DNA of 64,000 bases from Longimicrobiales bacterium (GTDB lineage Bacteria > Gemmatimonadota > Gemmatimonadetes > Longimicrobiales > Gaopeijiaceae), in assembly GCA_965219445.1 (NCBI GenBank), contig CBDCNQ010000002.1, positions 192,001-256,000 on the forward strand, given 5' to 3'. This document shows positions 19,507 through 29,220 of this stretch, in pieces. How positions within the stretch are numbered: the stretch's first letter is position 1; every line of letters begins with the position of its first letter. The translations under genes were made by a program, and so were the position numbers. The notes beneath the pieces are model-generated. The model saw only the letters and a program-made list of their open reading frames with translations. It did no database searches and was not told the DNA's origin.

Positions 19507-20664
19507 CTAATTCCTCGTGTTCGTGCCCGTAAGGAACATCGCTGTGCGAAGAGCCACAAGCTCAGAGCGTGCGGCGGCGATGTTGTCGAGCACTGTTGTG
19601 CCTGCTTGCACCACAGCTGAGGGTTCATCGATATCTTCTACGCGGGGCTCCAGGGGAGCGACGAGGACGTCACGTCGCTGGTTTAGGAACAGCTGAATCT
19701 GGCTCTGCAGAGACACTCGATCTTGGGGGAGAAGCCTGTCCAAAGGCGGGAGGTCGAGCATGGATTGGAAAACAACCAAAGCACTCAACGGCTCGGGATC
19801 TCGTTCGACGATGCGCTCCTGGAAGGCGTGAAGACGGAAGAATGGCGACTCCGAATCAGGGACCTCTGGCTCATTCGATAACTCATCGAATGTTACGCCA
19901 AGCCACCATTCTCTCCAGGCCGACGGTGGGGCAAATGACCATTCTCGCTGCGCGAATATGCGATCCACCGTTGCCCTGGACCGTTCAGAACGAACGGCCA
20001 AGATCGACAAAACGGAGTCAGCAAATATTCGTGCAGTGTCGGATGCTGCGGACATAGCTGGGGCATTCGCGGACCACGTCAAAACGTCGTCACTGGCCTC
20101 GCGCATGCTGTCCGACAGCGCCGCTAACTGGAAAAAACGGTCCCGGAAGAAACGTTCTTGTGCTCGGACACGAGCTAGTGTGGCTAGTTCTGTGATCGAG
20201 TCAACCTCGGGCACCCGGTGTTCCAATTCGAGTTGGCGTCCCACCTCCAGCCATTCGAGGAGTTCCTGATATTGAATAGCTCGATGTACCTCGTCTTCTA
20301 GCGTCTCTAGCTCGCGGATGGCGATGTCGTATACGTCCACCACAACCCGTTCATAAGTATCGGAGAAGTACTGACTTCGATCTTCACGGAGCGACATTAC
20401 TTCGGTGGACAACGACGATCGGGTCGCTCTTAGATCGCTTACGCTGTCGAGAACGGCCCTCAGCTCATTGCCGAGCGAGTCGAGCTCCGTACGGATGTCG
20501 TAAATCACACGCCGTGACTCTCTAAGCTCTTGTTGTGGAGCAAACAACCGAATTCCGATTAGCGTTACCAAGAGCACGAAAGTTCCGAGAATAGAAGTAA
20601 GAGCCCACATCGATATCTGTCTACGGGGTTTCGACGATCTATGGCTCGTATTTGTATCAAACAT
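19507..20664 (-). CDS. Hypothetical membrane-anchored coiled-coil protein (385 aa)
   Basis: Single N-terminal hydrophobic helix (MWALTSILGTFVLLVTLIGIRLF), long helical region; start overlaps the upstream stop (TGATG). Confidence 0.7.
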   Translation of the reverse strand: MFDTNTSHRSSKPRRQISMWALTSILGTFVLLVTLIGIRLFAPQQELRESRRVIYDIRTELDSLGNELRAVLDSVSDLRATRSSLSTEVMSLREDRSQYFSDTYERVVVDVYDIAIRELETLEDEVHRAIQYQELLEWLEVGRQLELEHRVPEVDSITELATLARVRAQERFFRDRFFQLAALSDSMREASDDVLTWSANAPAMSAASDTARIFADSVLSILAVRSERSRATVDRIFAQREWSFAPPSAWREWWLGVTFDELSNEPEVPDSESPFFRLHAFQERIVERDPEPLSALVVFQSMLDLPPLDRLLPQDRVSLQSQIQLFLNQRRDVLVAPLEPRVEDIDEPSAVVQAGTTVLDNIAAARSELVALRTAMFLTGTNTRN

Positions 20665-21818
20665 CAGGACAAGCCACGCTTCCGGACTTGCTCAGTCAAA
20701 CGAAACACCTGAACTGAAATTAGGAAAACAGCTACTGAAGACCCGGTATATGTCAAGAATTGCCACCATGGCTCCTCTGGACTGGACACCGCGCGACCGC
20801 ATAGAACCGCGACGGCGATAGTTGGGAAAATGACCAAAGATGTGATCGACAATAACCGTGCTATCACATGTGACTGGAACAAAACGATCGGAAGGTTAGC
20901 TATCGCATCCTTGGTGTCCTCGGGATTCCCAGCGGAGAGGCTGAGGAGATTTGACAACAGAAACAGCATTAGGAAAATCATCCCGGGGAAAGCCAAGATC
21001 AGTGCCACCCGCTCACTTATCGAGAGACCGATGAACTGCAGGCTGTTCTCTTCTGCGGAGAGGCGCTCGGTTGCGACAGCCAGTCCCTCTCGTGGAAAAA
21101 GGTGGCGCACTTCACTCCAAACCGGTTGGAGCCTCGGGAAGACGCCGCCTGCTCCGGCGGCGAGGTCTACCAGAATAGGGTCGAAAGCGTGCGACCCGCC
21201 CCAGCCCGATCCACCTCCACTGACGGAGTCCATGACACTTGCAAGCCAGAGGCGACCCAGGTGGTTCGGAAACGGCGCCGGGATCGTATCCGAGGCGAAA
21301 ACCTCGAAACCCTGCTTACCCAGATCTTCTAATGTCTCGAATTCTACGATCCATGTGCTAAGCTGATCTCTGTGGATGCGGGCGAGCGATAGGCCGCAGG
21401 TTCCACAGGTCAGTCGCAGGGAAGCCACCGCAGCCGCAAACTCTGCTGAATCGGGGAGGATGATTGCCCAATTGGGTGCGTTGAAGAACTCCTGAAGTTG
21501 AGAAATCGTTGATTGTGGATCAAGTGGCTGAATCTCAACGAGTGGAGCGAAGTCCGGGGGTTCCTCCGTCTCAGTCGGTCGCACATCGCGATAGCGGACC
21601 AGCAAGTCGTGGACGGGTATCGCATCGCCCGCCTCAGCGAAGCTCGCCATGCGCTGCGTAACACCCTGAGAGAGGATTTCTACGAGTCCGTTCAACTCAG
21701 GGAGAGCGCTGGAGTACCGGTCTGTGTTCTTCGGCGCAAGGGCGAGTATCATCACCGCACCCGACGCCAGCGCTACTGAGCGATGAAGGACGCGGATCGT
21801 CTTGACTAGTTCTTCCAC
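20664..21818 (-). CDS. Hypothetical membrane protein (384 aa; one N-terminal and about three C-terminal TM segments)
   Basis: Hydrophobic segments at the N-terminus and from about residue 270; translationally coupled to 19507-20664. Confidence 0.7.
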   Translation of the reverse strand: MEELVKTIRVLHRSVALASGAVMILALAPKNTDRYSSALPELNGLVEILSQGVTQRMASFAEAGDAIPVHDLLVRYRDVRPTETEEPPDFAPLVEIQPLDPQSTISQLQEFFNAPNWAIILPDSAEFAAAVASLRLTCGTCGLSLARIHRDQLSTWIVEFETLEDLGKQGFEVFASDTIPAPFPNHLGRLWLASVMDSVSGGGSGWGGSHAFDPILVDLAAGAGGVFPRLQPVWSEVRHLFPREGLAVATERLSAEENSLQFIGLSISERVALILAFPGMIFLMLFLLSNLLSLSAGNPEDTKDAIANLPIVLFQSHVIARLLSITSLVIFPTIAVAVLCGRAVSSPEEPWWQFLTYTGSSVAVFLISVQVFRLTEQVRKRGLS

Positions 21819-22058
21819 GGGTGGACAGGTTCAGAACGAACGGACGAACGGAGTTCATCGCGCCGCCGTGTCGGAGTGTTGAGCATGCCACGCGTTCTCG
21901 GCCGAAGCGGTGCGACTTGGCATGTGCACAATCGGAATAGCCATCTTGGAACAGGAGCGCGAGTGCACAGCGCATGTGCCACCCTAGGTGTCATGACCGT
22001 GATTCCCCGAACGGCAGTGTATCCGCCCGATCGCTGGCCCGTAGGCGCGCCTGCTTTT

Positions 22059-22520
22059 TCAACACGAGGATCGATTGCCCAGCGGAGTCCGCGCCACGCC
22101 GTCCGTACGATCCAGGAATTCCCGTATGCGATCTGCAATCCCATCTCCCGCCGCAACGTCACACTCCCAAACCACTAGAACGCTCCAGCCCAACTCCGCA
22201 AGCCGCGCTTGGTGCTTAACATCGCGGGTGACGTTGTGTTCCAACTTCGGCAGCCAGTAGTGCTGGTTTGACTTCGGGCGGCGAGCGATATTGCAGGTAG
22301 GATCGGGGTGCTGGTGCCAGAAACAACCGTGTACGAAGATCACTTTCCGCCGACCTAGAAATACCAAGTCGGGTTTTCCTGGAAGATCGTTGCGATGCAG
22401 CCGATAGCGGTAACCCATTGCATGGACAAGCCGACGCACGGCCATCTCGGGTTTCATACCCTTGGCTCGGATGTTGGACATGATCTCGCTGCGGCGCTGC
22501 GGAGTGACGGTGTCGGCCAT
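22059..22520 (-). CDS. vsr: Very short patch repair endonuclease
   Basis: MADTVTPQRRSEIMSNIRAKGMKPEM..LPGKPDLVF..VIFVHGCFWH..LVVWEC. Confidence 0.95.
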   Translation of the reverse strand: MADTVTPQRRSEIMSNIRAKGMKPEMAVRRLVHAMGYRYRLHRNDLPGKPDLVFLGRRKVIFVHGCFWHQHPDPTCNIARRPKSNQHYWLPKLEHNVTRDVKHQARLAELGWSVLVVWECDVAAGDGIADRIREFLDRTDGVARTPLGNRSSC

Positions 22521-22671
22521 CAGGATTCCTGACCACGAGCGGGTTGCACCGATAGGCCGGTCGACGCCCTCGTCCGGTCGCACCGCTCCGGCTGCGCTGC
22601 ATTCATAACGCATTGCACATGGCGATGACTCGGGTGGCGCCGTCCGAACGCGGCATTGGCTGCTCCTAAAC

Positions 22672-23532
22672 CTAGATCACGAGATCAAGGGGAAGGTCGG
22701 AGATGTCTCGGAGCCGTTTGCCCTGAGTCATGGTCTCCAGCATTTCTTCGGCGTCGGCGAAACCGAGATCTCTGACGGTATCCTCTAGTTCGGGTAGAGC
22801 AAAGTGATAGACGCAATCAATGTCGCCCGTTCCAAGCGCGATTGAGGCTATGCGGTTTGGTGTCGGTTCGCCGGTTACAACGGCAACGTGAGGAAGACGG
22901 CCCTTGCGGTTCCGCACCAAGTTCAACGCTTCGGAGCGCGCGTTCTGCGCGCGATCGCTACGGATCGTCCATTTGCACGACACGCTGGCATGAAGAATTG
23001 GCATCCTGCTGTTCACCTGCCGCAAGGGAGTGCGGCGTGCTTGCATGTTGTCCACCAGCAGTCCGCCGGTGTTGATGGTCCTATCGGTCTCGGGAAATCG
23101 GATGACTACCACATCGGGCTTGATGAGATAGTCGCCTCCAAGGGCAGCGGCCAGTTCGCGGTTGGCCTTGGCGGCGGCCTCCAGTGCAGCCAAGTGCTCG
23201 TATTGGTCGTATTGTGCGATGGCTGCGCGTCCGCCGATACCCTTGCTGACCTCCCAATGGCCAGGACGGAGATGAGCGAGGCGGGGAAAAGTGTGCTCCA
23301 GATACTGCTTGCAGATTTCCTCGAACTGACTGCCGGCCATCTGTCCGGCCAAGCGCCCACCGGCGGCTCTAGGCCCAAGGCGTTCAAGGATACCACGAGC
23401 AATGCTGACGCTTTGTCTGCTGTGTTTATCCGCGTTGCTCGGGATGCCCCTTGAGTCAGTGCGAAGCACGGTGGCCAAAAGGGCGTTGTGGAAACTCCGG
23501 CGGGCCTCGGAGAAAAAAACCTCGGCGGTCAT
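22672..23532 (-). CDS. Type II restriction endonuclease, NgoMIV family
   Basis: IPSNADK, DYLIKPDVVV, LHASVSCKWTIRSDRAQNARSEALNLVRNRKGRLPH, ALGTGDIDCVYHFAL. Confidence 0.9.
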   Translation of the reverse strand: MTAEVFFSEARRSFHNALLATVLRTDSRGIPSNADKHSRQSVSIARGILERLGPRAAGGRLAGQMAGSQFEEICKQYLEHTFPRLAHLRPGHWEVSKGIGGRAAIAQYDQYEHLAALEAAAKANRELAAALGGDYLIKPDVVVIRFPETDRTINTGGLLVDNMQARRTPLRQVNSRMPILHASVSCKWTIRSDRAQNARSEALNLVRNRKGRLPHVAVVTGEPTPNRIASIALGTGDIDCVYHFALPELEDTVRDLGFADAEEMLETMTQGKRLRDISDLPLDLVI

Positions 23533-24512
23533 CCGGCGATCTTCATGACCTGTACAGAACGGGGCACAGCAAGGCAGTGGTGAATCTTCCCTGCGACGGC
23601 GCGCGCTACAGGAGGAGGGAAGGCGTTGCCAACTTGGCGGTACGAAGCGGTCTTGCGGCCCGAGAATTTCCAGTCGTCAGGGAAGCCTTGAAGACGGGCC
23701 ACCATGCGAACGGTGAGGCGGGGCATCCCGACGAAGTCACGGGCGGGTGGTTCGTCAGCGATGCCAAGGCCATCAACTCCTAGTGTCGCCCATGCCTTCC
23801 TGGCACGGGTCGGCCCCAGGTCTGGACCACCGTGTTTCAGCGAACCGCCGACGATCGTGGGGGCGATATCGTCAGCGCGCTTCTTCCATGCAGGCGCGCC
23901 CTTCCATCGGCGTTCAGTGATAAGATCATAGAGGGTATCACCGACTGTTGGCGCGTTACGGCCCGTGCCAGTCGGCCAAGAGAAATGATGGGCAATGTTC
24001 TTGCGCAATGCGACTATCACCACGCGCGGCCGGAGTTGCGGCACGCCAAAGTCGGAAGCGTTGAAGAGGTGCCATTCGGCGTGGTAGCCCATCTTCTCGA
24101 ATCGGGCCTTGAGCCGCTGCCGAAAGTCTTCGAATACTGCGCCGAGGATGCCCCGGACGTTTTCGAGCATGACCGCGCGGGGTTGCGTAATATCGACAAG
24201 ATCAAGGGCGACTGGGAACAGGTTGCGCTCGTCCCGATCGCCGAGCTGCTTGCCAGCTATTGAGAACGGTGGACACGGAAGGCCACCCGCCAGTAACTCA
24301 ATGCCTCTGAAGGATTCCCCGTCGAGGTGAACGAAGTCGCGCAGATCCTTCTCGAACACCTGCCATGCAGGCCGGTTGAGCCTCAGTGTATTGCAATAGT
24401 GGCGCTCGATCTCGACGAGCCCTTCGTGTCCGAACCCGGCTTGCTCCAGGCCGAGTGCCTGGCCGCCGCCTCCAGCGCAAATCTCCAATGAGCTGATCGA
24501 GGTCCCAATCAT
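23529..24512 (-). CDS. dcm: DNA (cytosine-5) methyltransferase
   Basis: ICAGGGG motif I, GGLPCPPFS, MLENVRG, GVPQLRPRV, RLQGFPD, YRQVGNA. Confidence 0.95.
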   Translation of the reverse strand: MIGTSISSLEICAGGGGQALGLEQAGFGHEGLVEIERHYCNTLRLNRPAWQVFEKDLRDFVHLDGESFRGIELLAGGLPCPPFSIAGKQLGDRDERNLFPVALDLVDITQPRAVMLENVRGILGAVFEDFRQRLKARFEKMGYHAEWHLFNASDFGVPQLRPRVVIVALRKNIAHHFSWPTGTGRNAPTVGDTLYDLITERRWKGAPAWKKRADDIAPTIVGGSLKHGGPDLGPTRARKAWATLGVDGLGIADEPPARDFVGMPRLTVRMVARLQGFPDDWKFSGRKTASYRQVGNAFPPPVARAVAGKIHHCLAVPRSVQVMKIAG

Positions 24513-24709
24513 GTTCGGTTCCCCGTGCGGGAGATCCTGCCAAGATCGAGCGGGAGCTGCAAATCCCGGTCGCGGTAGCGGTCGAGAAACTCAATGAGCG
24601 CTTGGCGGCCGATCCAAGCCTTCGAAACGCGGCTGGTTTCCGCCAAGGCGGCAACCTCCCGGTGTTCTTCCGGGGTTAGGTTGAGCGACAGGCGATGTTT
24701 CGACGGCAT
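24509..24709 (-). CDS. Ribbon-helix-helix (CopG-like) regulator heading the R-M operon
   Basis: MPSKHRLSLNLTPEEHREVAALAETSRVSKAWIGRQALIEFL; ATGA overlap with dcm. Confidence 0.75.
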   Translation of the reverse strand: MPSKHRLSLNLTPEEHREVAALAETSRVSKAWIGRQALIEFLDRYRDRDLQLPLDLGRISRTGNRT

Positions 24710-25458
24710 GGCAGTGTGAGGCAGAGTGGGCCGTTCGTACGCATGGTGCAGCACCGCTACGCACATTAGCGGGGAAGGTGCGATCTGTCAATTCTCTTGC
24801 GATTCTGGTGATCCGCACGGATCGAAGCTGTCACCTGCCGCGAGACCAGTAGCTGGCTCCCCCTGCTAGTCCAGGGTCAATCGGACCGACCACCTGCTCC
24901 ACACACGTCTTCCACGGTCTAGTGGATTCTCGATCAGATTTGTATACCCGAAATGGTACGTGAATCACACGGCTCTAAGCTAACTCATTTCATAACAACC
25001 AGATAGAGTCATGCGTTCCTAGTCCTCGGCGAACAGGCTCCCCTCGAAGGGCCGGACGATCGTCATCCGTAACCTCCCAAGCCCAATAGCCCCGAGTCAG
25101 CTTGGCCCAGCAGTGCAGTCCTAACTATCGTCGAATCCCCCTCTGCAGTTGATCCGGCCCGTGCATCCAAACTTAGCTCCCGCCGCGCTGGAGCGCGCCT
25201 CGTCGAAAGCCCACCAGAGCCCACAAGCGAAGCGTGCTTCCGCTCGTCGGGAAGCTGACGGAGGTGCCGTCGCCGGAGGCTGATCCGACTCCGGGACGGC
25301 GCTGGAACCCTTGGGAAACCGTCTTGATTCAGGCGGTTGACACCGCCCGAACGGAGCCTCTCCGTGTACGGTATGGAGATTTCGTCGTCCCGAGATTCCT
25401 GCCCCCGGAGCCCGTCAGGCGCGCTTGCAGGGGAGCTGTCTAGCACCCTTAGGGTGCG

Positions 25459-25539
25459 TAAGCCAGCATACCCTTTGTACCCACAAAGGGGCTGGCGAGG
25501 GGCTCCGCCCCTTCGATCCCGAAGGACGCCCGCGCTCCG
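25459..25539 (-). promoter_or_regulatory. Putative ColE1-type oriT, copy 2
   Basis: GGGTATGCTGGCTTA on the minus strand plus the same hairpin as copy 1; extra hairpin GCACCCT-T-AGGGTGC at 25443-25457. Confidence 0.65.
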
Positions 25540-26114
25540 GCGGAGTGCGCGGGCGGGGGGCTCGCCCCCCGAACCCCCGTGGCGGTGCGCTGATGGCTGA
25601 TCGCCGCCTTGATTCTAGTTCTTTACCGACCGAGGGGGGCGTCTAGGCCCTGCCGCTGTGTGGATGGGTGGGTGCACGGCCCCAACGCGCCCAGAAGCGA
25701 AGCTAGGCCCCTCTAGCGTGCGTCGATGGCGAGGGGATCCGGGAGCAGTAGCAACGTCCCCAACCACCACCGCACGACCAACGCATCCCGTGAATCTTTT
25801 TGGTGTGTTGGTTGTGTTGGAGGCCGACGGGCCTGACGACCCAGTCTATCTTGGCGTCTCTCGAACGGCTGCGTATCAGGCACCTAGCTCTGCGTAGTAG
25901 TCCAGACCGAGATGAATCTTTTGTGTCATGTGAGCCACCGCATGCAGATCATGGAGCACGTGGTAGCCACCGTCCTCAGGATAAGGCGAGCCAGCGCGCT
26001 TCCACGTCTCTCTCACGTTGATCCTAGCTCGCCTTGCGGAGCGCAGGGGTAAATGCGGGATCGTCCATCTCGCCGGTATCGACCCCGGCAGCGTGGCTGA
26101 TGGCGGACATGGCT

Positions 26115-26260
26115 TGGGCGCTGACGACGAAGAAACAGATCTACCGGGCTCACGCCACTGCCTGACGCGGCGGCAGGAGGTAGGAAGCTGTAGGGGATCT
26201 GGGCGGGACGAAGAACGAGTGAGGACAAACGATCAACGATAGGGGATCGGGGAACCCGGC
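26115..26260 (+). mobile_element. Remnant of a second IS110-family element (last codons plus start of the 3' non-coding region)
   Basis: WALTTKKQIYRAHATA* versus WALTTKKEIYRAHAAAA* of 34182-35207; similarity continues about 90 nt past the stop. Confidence 0.7.
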
Positions 26261-26940
26261 ATCTTCCGTATTAGTTCTTCGAACCGGTCAAGGAAGTGTG
26301 TGTCGTACTGTCGTGCCACATGTTTCACATTCCAAAGTCCGCTCATTCGGATTTCGTTCTTGGAACTGTGGACACCCAGCCATTCGCTATTGGGCCGGTC
26401 CATCGGACTGAGCTCGTTGGAGAGTAACGCTATAGCATTCTGCTCAACGTAAGCACGTGCACTGCGTGGACCCGGGTCGTCGGGTACGGCCAGCCACAGT
26501 ATCGACAACCCCACGATGTACTCGGACACCAGGCGTTCGTGAGGAACTTCCGCGTTCCTCACGTCGCGCGCGGCCGATCGGCCGATACCCCATTTTGGCA
26601 CGGCAGCGGCGCCTCCATCCCTTTGGAGCAGCGCTAACCCCACATGGAGCCGGAAAACGGATCCGCGGTGGTTCCCTCGTCCGTCCTTCCCGCCACGGTG
26701 CGCCCGCAACCGGGGCCACAGCTTGGACGTGGCGTTCGCGCTCACGGCGTGGGTCCCTACCCTGATAACACGCGACATCTCTGGGTGCCCGGTTCGCTGT
26801 TGACCCGGATCACGGAAGAAGTACACGCCGCGATCCGGCCAAGCCGATCTACCCGTGTATTCACCGAGCCGCCGACCTTGACCCGGCAGCGTTGCCAGGA
26901 TGCCAACGAGTTCGTAGAACCGGTCTACGTCTGAGGTCAT
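26233..26940 (-). CDS. GIY-YIG-like nuclease-fold hypothetical protein
   Basis: GVYFFR..VIRVGTHA..LWPRLRAH..GNHRGSVFR..AYVEQNAIALL..LWN. Confidence 0.55.
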   Translation of the reverse strand: MTSDVDRFYELVGILATLPGQGRRLGEYTGRSAWPDRGVYFFRDPGQQRTGHPEMSRVIRVGTHAVSANATSKLWPRLRAHRGGKDGRGNHRGSVFRLHVGLALLQRDGGAAAVPKWGIGRSAARDVRNAEVPHERLVSEYIVGLSILWLAVPDDPGPRSARAYVEQNAIALLSNELSPMDRPNSEWLGVHSSKNEIRMSGLWNVKHVARQYDTHFLDRFEELIRKMPGSPIPYR

Positions 26941-27404
26941 TCCCCGAGCAGGCCTTGGATCTTCAAATGCTGAAGTTGTTTCCCGAAGGAGAGGCCCTCG
27001 AGCGGAATGGTAACAGAGAAACCACGGTCGCGGAGAAAAGGAACGAGGTTTTCCCGGTAGCGTACACCGGCCAGGATGACCACCTCGGCCCCGAGTGGCA
27101 GAACCTCAAGTAGTTGTCGTTGGACCAGCGTTGCCCATTGTAGCCTCTCGGCCTTACCGAGCCGATTGAGCGTCCTCTCATACGGCTCAAGTACCTGGGC
27201 TGGGGGAATCAACCCATGTTGTGCGGAAAGGACGAACCAGGTGTCTGCGTTCTTCTCGGCGTACCGGCGCAGCCCGCGGAACAATGGCGACGTGTACAGG
27301 TCGCGGGCCGCTGCGGGGGCCGCACTCTTGGACTTGACGCATGAGACGAGTGCTACTCGCATGGATCGATCACTTCTTGCTGACGATGATATCCGCTCAT
27401 TCAT
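26937..27404 (-). CDS. DUF6884-like protein
   Basis: ALVSCVKSK..ARDLYTSPLF..WFVLSAQHGLI..PYERTL..ILAG.RY; ATGA overlap with the downstream gene. Confidence 0.75.
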   Translation of the reverse strand: MNERISSSARSDRSMRVALVSCVKSKSAAPAAARDLYTSPLFRGLRRYAEKNADTWFVLSAQHGLIPPAQVLEPYERTLNRLGKAERLQWATLVQRQLLEVLPLGAEVVILAGVRYRENLVPFLRDRGFSVTIPLEGLSFGKQLQHLKIQGLLGE

Positions 27405-27420
27405 TGGTGCTTTCTTCCTT

Positions 27421-28360
27421 TCACATTGTACGCCACCGCTTCTCGGCCACCAAGAGCAACTTCCAGATCAGCGCCGTAGCGCTCTCGACCCGCTTGAATC
27501 GCTTCGCCGCCGTCGTCCTGAGCCGTAGCGCAGCGAACGGGCTCTCGACCACGTTCGTCGTGCGTAGATGCTTCCAGTGATCCTCGGGGAAGTCGTAGAA
27601 CGCCACCATCCGCTCCCAGTCGTCCTCGAGTACGTCCACCGCCTTCGGATACCACGGCCTGTAGCGCCTGGCGAACACTTCGCGGGCCTTCACAGCCTCG
27701 GCCCGGCTCGGTGCGTAGACCACGGCCCTGAGAAGATCCTTCGCCTCGCTCTGCTCCCGCTGCGGCAGCCGGTCCAGCACGTTCCTCATCTTGTGGTTCC
27801 AGCACCGTTGCTCGCCCGCCTCAGGCCATACCTGCCGTACTGCGCCCCAGATCGCCGCGTTACCGTCCGCCATCAGAAGCCGGGGCGCCTCGATGCCGCG
27901 TGCCTTCAGATCCCGCAACACCTCGGACCAGGACTCGACCGACTCTCGGTAGCCCGATCTCAGGGCCAACACCTCCTTCGTCCCGTCTCGCATCGCGCCC
28001 AGCACCACCAGCAGCGCCGCCTTGTCCCGCTCGAGCCCTGCCTTCACGTAGATCCCGTCCGCCCATACGTAGACGACCTTCACGGCCCTCCAGGCGACGC
28101 TGGCTCCATTCCTCGAACTCCCTTGTCCATCCCGCCCGCAGTCTCCGAATCGAAGACTTCGACAGCGGTGCCCCCTCGCCTAGCAGTCCCCGCATCGCCA
28201 GCTCGAAGTCTCCCTCTGCCAGTCCGTGCAGATACAGCTCCGGAAGCAGAGCGCCCAGCTCCTTCGTCCGCCTCGCGAACAACGGCAGCACCCGACTCTC
28301 GAACCGCTCCTCGACGCCCCGAACCCGAGGGCGTCGGAGTGTGATCGTGCCCGAGCTCAT
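27421..28360 (-). mobile_element. IS256-family transposase (second type), frameshifted near 28083 and truncated at both ends
   Basis: ITLRRPRVR..FESRVLP, VYVWADGIY, LLMADG, EQRCWNHKMRN, LRTTNVVES. Confidence 0.85.
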
Positions 28361-28463
28361 CGCCGCGTGCTGGGCATTTTCAGCAGCACGGTGGGTCCTG
28401 ATCCTCCCGGATCTACGGCCCGTGGTCCGTGGCAGCCGCCCGTCCGTGGGTCCGTGGTCCGCG

Positions 28464-28590
28464 GGTTTCTGTCCTAAACCCAACGGGTAGCACGATTTGC
28501 GATCTTCGCACACACCCAGTGATACACGTCTCCCGCAAGGTACTGCAAGCCGTTGTCCCATCGGGATTTGCGAATACTGATCCCGGCTTC
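28464..28590. repeat. Island right-end (attR-arm) sequence, copy 1; homologous to 32293-32420
   Basis: About 127 bp sharing TGTCCTAAA, CACGATTT.CGATCTTCG, GTGATACACGTCTC, CAAGCCGTTGTCCCAT and ACTGATCCCGGCTTC. Confidence 0.85.
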
Positions 28591-29045
28591 CCGCCAAGCT
28601 GCCGGTCGCGCTGGACGCTGGCCGCGCCGTCTTCGTGTACGTCGATCCGGGGCACCAGACCTCCACGGCGCTCCGCTCTTGGGGCGCGGCCCACCACGGC
28701 CTCTGGAAGGCTCTGAGAAAGCGGTGCAGATCCGTCGAGGTCGTGGCCGTCGTCCGCAGCGTGAGGGAGCTGCAGCGCGCCGGGACGATCCTCGAGAACT
28801 GGATCGGTGCCCGCACGTCCGACTCCTCCGGCCCGTCCGATCAAACAGCCCGCCGCGAGATCGCCCGGATCGAGCGGGCCATCCTCGAGGGGGACGACCG
28901 CGCGCTGAAGGAGTACGGGGATCTCCAGGCCGGCCTCGAGCGGATCGTCGAGCTGAAAGAGCTCCAGCGGATCTCGAGGTCCCTAGCGCCGATCGATTGC
29001 TTCGCTACGTGGCGCTCGAGCCGGCTCCCCGGAGGGTGGTCATGA
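28587..29045 (+). pseudogene. C-terminal half of the mobile-element hypothetical protein family seen at 1-432
   Basis: (FP).KLPVALDAGRAVFVYVDPGHQTSTALRSWG begins exactly at the att-arm junction; the fragment at the window start ends in RYFP. Confidence 0.6.
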
Positions 29046-29220
29046 ACGCCGATCGGCGAGGGTCCGTGCCGATCGGGAAGCGCACATCAGACAATCGTGC
29101 GTGTGTGCGCCGGGACGCTGTTCCCCGGCAAACACACGCTCCTTCTCATGTGGTTGACTGTCTTGCGGTTACGGGCTGGCCGCACGCGCGGCCGCCCAGC
29201 CCCGAGGGGCTCGGGGCAAA

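Noticed and set aside
28410..28460. Short CCGTGG repeats next to the att arm
   Set aside because: Irregular GC-rich microrepeats, absent beside the second arm copy
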